A stretch of DNA of 64,000 bases. It comes from a virus (taxonomy: Duplodnaviria > Caudoviricetes). The DNA lies in the IMG/VR virus record IMGVR_UViG_3300049899_000550, positions 701-64,700 of that record. One strand, given 5' to 3'. Under the pieces are notes generated by a model, which saw only the letters and a list, made by a program, of their open reading frames with translations, searched no databases and was not told the origin of the DNA. Numbering within the stretch: the stretch's first letter is position 1; the number at the start of each line of letters is the position of its first letter. Below are positions 58,068 to 64,000 of this stretch, piece by piece. The position numbers were made by a program, and so were the translations under genes.

Positions 58068-58352
58068 TTAGATACCTTTACACCATCCCGGTTGCTTTCT
58101 GACCATATTAAATTTATTAAAATCAAACGGTGTTGCTTGCAGTTGGAATATTAATGCTTCTTTGTCTGTCATAAGTTTATCTGCATTACCGCACGTCGAT
58201 TTAATGCAGTGGTATCCACCAATCATGCTACCGGATTCTTTCCATATTTCTTCAGCTTGGTGTAATAAAAGAGTTGCCGTGACAAAATGCTGCTGTTCGT
58301 TCACAGTTGTTGTGCGCCAATTATGTTCATTAAGTTTAATTAAATATTTCAT
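58068..58352 (-). CDS. Hypothetical protein, paralog family C
   Basis: YLIKLNEHNWRTT...CIK. Confidence 0.6.
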   Translation of the reverse strand: MKYLIKLNEHNWRTTTVNEQQHFVTATLLLHQAEEIWKESGSMIGGYHCIKSTCGNADKLMTDKEALIFQLQATPFDFNKFNMVRKQPGWCKGI

Positions 58353-58714
58353 TAATAGGCAGCTTTAAATGCTGCACCTAATTCTGGAGTTAACCTGCGT
58401 TCTGCCATTGCCCACATCTCTTTATCAATCATAAAACGGCAACGGATCATTGTTTCGGTCATGTGTCCTAATACTTTGTGTTCATCTCGGATAGCGTTGT
58501 AGCGTTTTTCTAATCCGCGAGCGCATGGTGTACCTATTCGTTGCAATAACCTTATACCAATTGCACGTGCTTCGTTACATGCATTGTCTTCAGTAAGCTC
58601 TGCAATCTCTACAATTTTGGATTCAATATACTTTTCAATGGGCATATCTAAATTCCACATTGCGGAAACATTGCGTGATAGTTTATCAAATTTTGCTTGT
58701 TCTTTATCTAGCAT
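58352..58714 (-). CDS. Hypothetical protein
   Basis: TAATG coupling. Confidence 0.65.
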   Translation of the reverse strand: MLDKEQAKFDKLSRNVSAMWNLDMPIEKYIESKIVEIAELTEDNACNEARAIGIRLLQRIGTPCARGLEKRYNAIRDEHKVLGHMTETMIRCRFMIDKEMWAMAERRLTPELGAAFKAAY

Positions 58715-58904
58715 TATGCTTTCAGCCCAATTGATTTATTAATTATATCCGGAAATACGTGTCCTGTACCTCTACTATATTCTCGCATTTCTTTCTTTAA
58801 CTGTAAATACTTTTCTCTGTATGAGTCCGCTGATTTCTCAGCTCGATTACTAGCAGCACGATATTGGCTAGCTTCATGTTGACTGTAATAACCTGAACCT
58901 CTCA

Positions 58905-59453
58905 TTACGCTACCTCCTGCTCTTCTGCTTGTGATTGTGCTACAGCCCATGCCGCTTTCAAGCTGTCTTCTGTTGCATAAGGAAGACCCATATCGTAACA
59001 AAAATGTGAAGGACCATAATAGTAATCGCTTACATGATAATCCATACCTTGTATAATCCATACTATTGCAGTTTCGCGATCTGCTGCGCCATTAGCAATA
59101 GTTTCAACAATTAGTTTTTCGTACGCGGCTACAGCTACTTCTTCAGCTTCTGCAATACGTACCATTTCAGCATCCAGCGCATCATAAACGCGGTCCAATT
59201 CACGCTTCCAATCAGCGTGTGTCCAGTCACTAGTATCATGACGTGGACGGAAACCATATGCGTCTTTATGCGCATCAGAATAGCTAGACTGCATATTGTA
59301 AAGCTCGAAATCCTCTACAGTATATATACCGTCTTTGTTCCAATGCGCCATATCTTCAGTCCACGTAGTAGCACAGCGATTAGTTGGATCTTCTGCAATC
59401 CATGCGCGGGTTTTGTTGTTTTCTGCTACTAAGTATTCTGATAATGTTTGCAT
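58905..59453 (-). CDS. Early hypothetical protein
   Basis: Promoter TTGACC-16 nt-TATAAT at 59485-59512; YSDAHKDAYGFRPR motif. Confidence 0.75.
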   Translation of the reverse strand: MQTLSEYLVAENNKTRAWIAEDPTNRCATTWTEDMAHWNKDGIYTVEDFELYNMQSSYSDAHKDAYGFRPRHDTSDWTHADWKRELDRVYDALDAEMVRIAEAEEVAVAAYEKLIVETIANGAADRETAIVWIIQGMDYHVSDYYYGPSHFCYDMGLPYATEDSLKAAWAVAQSQAEEQEVA

Positions 59454-59639
59454 ATAATTAGCCCTTTAATTAATTTATACGTGTATTATACACGGATATA
59501 CCAAAAGGTCAACCTCTTTTTGACATTATTTGAAGGATATCATTGCGATCATAATCAGCACATAGTTTTCCTTCTGGGATTCCTTCCCTAGCTAATATTG
59601 CAAACGTGCGCTCCGCTTCAGTTTTGAAATACTGCTTTT

Positions 59640-60299
59640 CTAATCCCATAATCCGGTGAAATACTTGCCAAATAAGGTGAAGCCGTTTTGCATTCTTTTG
59701 TGATGTGCTGTCCATCCTTTCTTATCAAATACGTGTGTATCCTTAGGACCTTTATCCGTTCTAAAAAATTTAGCATCTTCTTTAGGGACTTCGTTGCCGT
59801 CTATATCAACTGGAGTATGAACAAAATCAATTACGCCTGTGTGGTACTGATCTTCCCAATCTGAGGTGTGCTGTTCAAACGCCCAAATCATTTCATCTAA
59901 TACCCAATCCCATCGTTTGAAAAATAGGTCGTCTGTTGCACCACAATCAATATCATCCTGTGATAATTTTGGTGCTGAGGTAGAACGTAGTTTTTTCGGC
60001 ACATCTTTGTCTGCTACACATGGCGAGCCATGTTTAGTTTCTTTGAGTTGTATAAGCATAGGGTGAATAATAAGTGCGAGCGTACTATCCATGCCCCAGG
60101 TATCATACTTGTCAATTTTAATATCAACTTTACGTTCTTTTATATCATACCGCCATGATAGGAATTTGTCTAGCCATGTGTCGCTTAACTTCTCTACTAA
60201 CCATTCCTTGCGTTCTTCCGAGACACCTACTTTGTCAAGTAAGTCGACAAGCTGGTAGATTCCCCACCAGTTACGATGAGGTCCTATTTTTATTTTCAT
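59640..60299 (-). CDS. Hypothetical protein
   Basis: 219-aa ORF: DTWGMDSTLALII...WDWVLDEMIWAF...LFGKYF. Confidence 0.75.
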   Translation of the reverse strand: MKIKIGPHRNWWGIYQLVDLLDKVGVSEERKEWLVEKLSDTWLDKFLSWRYDIKERKVDIKIDKYDTWGMDSTLALIIHPMLIQLKETKHGSPCVADKDVPKKLRSTSAPKLSQDDIDCGATDDLFFKRWDWVLDEMIWAFEQHTSDWEDQYHTGVIDFVHTPVDIDGNEVPKEDAKFFRTDKGPKDTHVFDKKGWTAHHKRMQNGFTLFGKYFTGLWD

Positions 60300-60715
60300 A
60301 ATTTATCCTCGTAAGGCATGTTTGGTTGTATCGAATCAATAGCATCTAGTTTATATTCAACTACACGATCGCATTCGTAGCGTCCGGTGCCACGGAAGCC
60401 ATAATTCACTTGTGCTTTCGCTTTGTATAATTCTTGCAATATTTTCCCGCAAGGCGAATCCATTAACTTTATTTTTGCGTATATTTTATTATTTTTAATG
60501 TATACACGTTTAACAATATGTGATACCCGATCGAGGTTAATAACATTTCCTGCTGGGTGTCCAAGCTCGCCTAGTTTAGTTTTGCGCTTATTGTACTCGT
60601 TTATAACTTGGTGTATGTTCACAATATCGTGACTGCATAGTACATGAACTGTTTTATGCTTTTTCCAGGAACAAAACCATTCTCTAATTCTTTCAAACAT
60701 TGCAAACAACATCAT
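60296..60715 (-). CDS. Prohead protease (T4 gp21-like) paralog lacking the catalytic Ser
   Basis: LGELGHP...INLDRVSH...KLMDSPCGKIL; NYGFRGTG replaces GVSSRGLG. Confidence 0.7.
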   Translation of the reverse strand: MMLFAMFERIREWFCSWKKHKTVHVLCSHDIVNIHQVINEYNKRKTKLGELGHPAGNVINLDRVSHIVKRVYIKNNKIYAKIKLMDSPCGKILQELYKAKAQVNYGFRGTGRYECDRVVEYKLDAIDSIQPNMPYEDKL

Positions 60716-60936
60716 TACTTGTCTCCTAATCCAAACGTTAAAATTTTATTATCTATTTCGATTTGTTTTTCTGCTAGGCATTTAAATCCGCACTTAGGGC
60801 AAAGAACTTTTGCTTTGTGATCTACTTGAAAAGTAACTTCATTAACTGGTACGCGCCACAGCTCTTGAGTTTCTGTATGTGTACAAGCATTATTTGTACA
60901 CTCCATTTCTCTAGTTTCTATTACTAGTTTGGCCAT
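60715..60936 (-). CDS. Small zinc-ribbon protein
   Basis: CTNNAC...CPKC; start moved to ATG 60936. Confidence 0.65.
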   Translation of the reverse strand: MAKLVIETREMECTNNACTHTETQELWRVPVNEVTFQVDHKAKVLCPKCGFKCLAEKQIEIDNKILTFGLGDK

Positions 60937-61145
60937 GTCGCCATCATTACCCAAAGCATACAGTTAAAGGACCAAAGCATTGCCGAGAACCTTACACTAG
61001 ACTTGTCTTGTTCTATATCGCACAATCCAAAATAACTAAGAGTATGTGCGATAAATGTCGTCGCTGCCAACGATAGCATAACTATTCCAATTACTGTATT
61101 AACCATATTTTGTACACTCCATTTCTCTAGTTTCTATTACTAGTT
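60893..61145. repeat. 37-bp perfect direct repeat (60893-60929 and 61109-61145)
   Basis: TTTGTACACTCCATTTCTCTAGTTTCTATTACTAGTT twice, 216 bp apart. Confidence 0.95.
60924..61106 (-). CDS. Small 2-TM membrane protein between the direct repeats
   Basis: Two hydrophobic segments. Confidence 0.55.
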   Translation of the reverse strand: MVNTVIGIVMLSLAATTFIAHTLSYFGLCDIEQDKSSVRFSAMLWSFNCMLWVMMATWPN

Positions 61146-61284
61146 AATTCTCTATTCGGGTCGCATCTTTGGCCAATTGTAAAAATACATTACTAAATGC
61201 TAGCAACAAGATACATAAAATTACAACTTCGTTTATTTTAAGTTTCATTAAATTGTATATTATACGCTTGTTTGTTTATTAAGT

Positions 61285-61566
61285 CTACCAATTGTTATAA
61301 CGTTTCTTTTTATTAAAATTTGGTTGCTGCAATGTTGCAAAGGTCTTTAAGGCACTAATCTTATCCATAAACACCTGCCATTCATCTTCAAAAATAATGC
61401 TAGGAACATCGTACTCATCCTGGCACTGCGTACAAGTAAACCATCTTAGTTTCGGTGTGCCGCGTAAATGCGGCACAAACGATCCTTCCATTTTATCTTT
61501 TGGGAACTCTTTCTCACAAAAGGAACACGGTGTTGGTTTAGAACGGAATGTCGTCTTCCGACTCAT
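61285..61566 (-). CDS. Zinc-finger hypothetical protein
   Basis: CSFC...CTQC. Confidence 0.6.
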   Translation of the reverse strand: MSRKTTFRSKPTPCSFCEKEFPKDKMEGSFVPHLRGTPKLRWFTCTQCQDEYDVPSIIFEDEWQVFMDKISALKTFATLQQPNFNKKKRYNNW

Positions 61567-61897
61567 TTATACCTTCCTTTAATAAAAATAATGTAACTGC
61601 ATGAATAACATCTTTATTTGACATTACATTATATTCTTCTATTTTTTCTTTATTTTCTTTTTGTCTCGCAATTACAGTTTTATACGCACCTTCCAAGGAA
61701 TGCGACAACCAGGTAGCTTGTCTATTCTTATTCTTATCCTTTAATCGAAACAAATAAGAAAAAATTCCAGGATATACGCGAGTCCTATAATACATTGTAT
61801 ACTGATTCATTTGATCGAGATCTTTCTGTTGTTCTTTAACAATACGATAATATTCCTTGTACTTCAGGGTTCTATACGCTTTTGTTAACTTGTTCAT
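61538..61897 (-). CDS. Hypothetical protein
   Basis: TAATG coupling. Confidence 0.6.
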   Translation of the reverse strand: MNKLTKAYRTLKYKEYYRIVKEQQKDLDQMNQYTMYYRTRVYPGIFSYLFRLKDKNKNRQATWLSHSLEGAYKTVIARQKENKEKIEEYNVMSNKDVIHAVTLFLLKEGINESEDDIPF

Positions 61898-62118
61898 TAA
61901 ACAACCTTTAAATGTGACAAGTGCTCGCGTCCGGAAATGGGTGCCTTACCAGTTGGTTCATACCATACAGAAATTACCAATAACGGTGATGACGTGTATG
62001 TTGATGCTTCTATAGACTGACTGATAAGCTTCACTTCTTTGTTAGCAAGAAATTCATCAATCATCTCTTCCAACGCATCGCTTTTACTAACATCACCTTT
62101 AAATATTTTTACTTTCAT
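61897..62118 (-). CDS. Hypothetical protein
   Basis: ORF with SD. Confidence 0.65.
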   Translation of the reverse strand: MKVKIFKGDVSKSDALEEMIDEFLANKEVKLISQSIEASTYTSSPLLVISVWYEPTGKAPISGREHLSHLKVV

Positions 62119-62133
62119 AATAAATCTCTCATG

Positions 62134-62727
62134 CTATGTGGAATTCTCGTTATAAATTGCTTTTATACTTTCGATATCTTTATTAAGCGATATACAGGAT
62201 TCTTCTAAATCAGTAATCATCGATATTAATCTTTTTTTATATTCTGTTGAATCTTCTAATATAACTGTTACTGTGTCGCTGAAAGATTCTTTTCCTGTAT
62301 ATCCTAATCCGTCGTAAGCAGAATCATAATCGATATATCCTATGTCTGCTTCTCTAACTTCTAATATCAATCCCCAATCTCTTAATATCATGCCGGGTTT
62401 TATGTCAGCACGTTTAACCTTGTATACCTCTTTAAGATTAGCAAATGTTTCTTCTTTAGTATTATCAATAATACACTCGAATTCATTTTTGTCAACCGTT
62501 TCTTTGTCGTCTAGCCAAATGATCCTATTCTTCCCTTCGTGTTCGGTACCAGAATGGTCGTGTATTGCAATTAAGTCTTCTATGCTTTTATAAATGCCTA
62601 TACTTGACCTTATACCAAACCAACGCATTACGCATTGTCCATTTGAGAACTGAGCACCTTCTGCTACTGTTCCTGTGCCACTTACTCCCGACACATCACT
62701 TGTTCTTAATAATTTAAACCTTCGCAT
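62134..62727 (-). CDS. Hypothetical protein with a DVSGVSGTG domain
   Basis: RTSDVSGVSGTGTVAEG, a motif I recall from phage proteins; function unknown. Confidence 0.7.
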   Translation of the reverse strand: MRRFKLLRTSDVSGVSGTGTVAEGAQFSNGQCVMRWFGIRSSIGIYKSIEDLIAIHDHSGTEHEGKNRIIWLDDKETVDKNEFECIIDNTKEETFANLKEVYKVKRADIKPGMILRDWGLILEVREADIGYIDYDSAYDGLGYTGKESFSDTVTVILEDSTEYKKRLISMITDLEESCISLNKDIESIKAIYNENST

Positions 62728-62765
62728 TTTATGCTCCGTATTTTAAAGAACACAAAATATAATTC

Positions 62766-63071
62766 TTATCTGTTTGTTTCTTTTGTGTTCTTTAAAATAT
62801 ACATGGTTGCGTCGGAATTGTCAATCTTTATGCAACTATTAGGGTATTTGTTTATTTGTACGGATATTCCGATTTCCATTTTCTGTCTTTGGGTATAGGA
62901 TAAATCGTCGTAACGCACCGGCACTACACCAATCATTTTCTCGCCTTTAGTAGACTTAACTTTACATACTCTAATATCGTTATTACCAAACGATACAGCA
63001 ACAACATCGTCCTCGTCTATAATATGTCCTAGTATGTCCTTGTGATCTGTTTTAACTTTGGGCATGTTCAT
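62766..63071 (-). CDS. Hypothetical protein, paralog family B
   Basis: KDILGHIIDEDDVV. Confidence 0.65.
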   Translation of the reverse strand: MNMPKVKTDHKDILGHIIDEDDVVAVSFGNNDIRVCKVKSTKGEKMIGVVPVRYDDLSYTQRQKMEIGISVQINKYPNSCIKIDNSDATMYILKNTKETNR

Positions 63072-63384
63072 TTACCTTTTTTGCTAAGTTTGGGTTAGAT
63101 AATAAGTATGCAGTTAATGATGGTCCTTCAATTTTAACACACTTTGGTCCTGTTCTAAAAATCATTATATTCTTACTTTTACTTGTACTTTGTTTCAAAA
63201 CATGTTGCACATAATAATCTGATAGCATCGGTTCAACTAAAAAGTTCAGAGGTATCATTTTTTTATATTTGTCAGTAGGGTCGGGCTGTACTACAAATAT
63301 ATGTATACCCATTTTATCAATCCCAGAGACAACCAAATCACCTGCTTTGATTACTTGTCCTAATATGTCTTTGTGTTCTATCAT
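63052..63384 (-). CDS. Hypothetical protein, paralog family B
   Basis: KDILGQVIKAGDLVV. Confidence 0.65.
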   Translation of the reverse strand: MIEHKDILGQVIKAGDLVVSGIDKMGIHIFVVQPDPTDKYKKMIPLNFLVEPMLSDYYVQHVLKQSTSKSKNIMIFRTGPKCVKIEGPSLTAYLLSNPNLAKKVNEHAQS

Positions 63385-63611
63385 TTGTAATCCTTTTCGC
63401 TTTCGAACTGTGCTACAGGATTGTCGTCATCGCTTTCATCAAATGTAGCATTAAACAGTTTTAATAACTTGTTTATTTCCTCTACGGTTAGTCCAGAGAA
63501 ACTATCTACTGGTACGTGCTTATTAATAAAGTTAGCCCATAACGGAGTACAACATTCATCTTCGTTAAGTAACTTAACTGTTAGCACTGATCTCGTCCGG
63601 CAGTTGCACAT
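63381..63611 (-). CDS. Hypothetical protein
   Basis: ORF track; ATGA overlap. Confidence 0.5.
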   Translation of the reverse strand: MCNCRTRSVLTVKLLNEDECCTPLWANFINKHVPVDSFSGLTVEEINKLLKLFNATFDESDDDNPVAQFESEKDYK

Positions 63612-63774
63612 TTAAAAAGATTTCGCGTTGCAGTTCGTCCACTGCATTATCCCAAGCATCTTCGATTTGAATTGCATTAGGAACCGTGTTGTCAATTGCT
63701 TTAAAGTTCTCGGTAAACTGTTCTAACAACAACCTGTTCAATTCATTAGATACTGCATCGGATAATTTAATCAT
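63574..63774 (-). CDS. Hypothetical protein
   Basis: ORF track. Confidence 0.55.
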   Translation of the reverse strand: MIKLSDAVSNELNRLLLEQFTENFKAIDNTVPNAIQIEDAWDNAVDELQREIFLNVQLPDEISANS

Positions 63775-64000
63775 TTATTTTTCCTTATTTTATTTTATTT
63801 GCTAACGTACAATATGAAAAACGTTGCTCTACATCCTCTTGGAACGTAGGAAACATGGAAAACAATAAAAACTTGTCATCCATCTCTTTGTACTTTTTAC
63901 GCTTCTTCTCTATTACCTGGCTTTGCTTATATTCACCATCCCAACCGGTACCATAATCTTTAAATGAAACTGCTTTACCGCGTTTCTTATTCTCTCCTCT

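Noticed and set aside
58714-59061. 115-aa ORF as given in the track
   Set aside because: The upper part overlaps 58905..59453 in another frame; only the portion from MRGSGYYSQ is plausible as a small gene.

Overview
This is a gene-dense, AT-rich 64 kb segment of a large tailed dsDNA phage (T4-like, possibly jumbo). Almost all genes are on the minus strand, and the spanin-type lysis genes and proteobacterial-like GroEL/IF-1 suggest a Gram-negative host. From left to right it contains six blocks. (1) A 7-deazaguanine/sugar-modification block (PRTase, FolE, DegT-like, GalE, glycosyltransferase, QueD-like, methyltransferase, TGT/DpdA-like). (2) Replication genes (sliding clamp, family-B polymerase that appears to start at ATT). 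(3) A ~14 kb late cluster whose proteins share an N-terminal tag resembling the T4 internal-protein capsid-targeting sequence. Its cargo includes nucleotidyltransferases, GNATs, ART-like, zincin, cysteine-hydrolase-like and HIGH-family domains plus two apparent Glu-punctuated polyproteins, and a compact structured-RNA candidate sits inside it. (4) ClpA, DnaJ, a tandem ART-like pair, lysis genes, PhoH, clamp loader, a GroES-like protein, a DnaE fragment and a GIY-YIG homing endonuclease. (5) Baseplate/tail genes, IF-1 and GroEL/GroES. (6) An early region of small ORFs that includes a catalytically altered prohead-protease paralog. No tRNA, rRNA or CRISPR array was seen. All functional calls come from motif recognition by eye; no database search was run.
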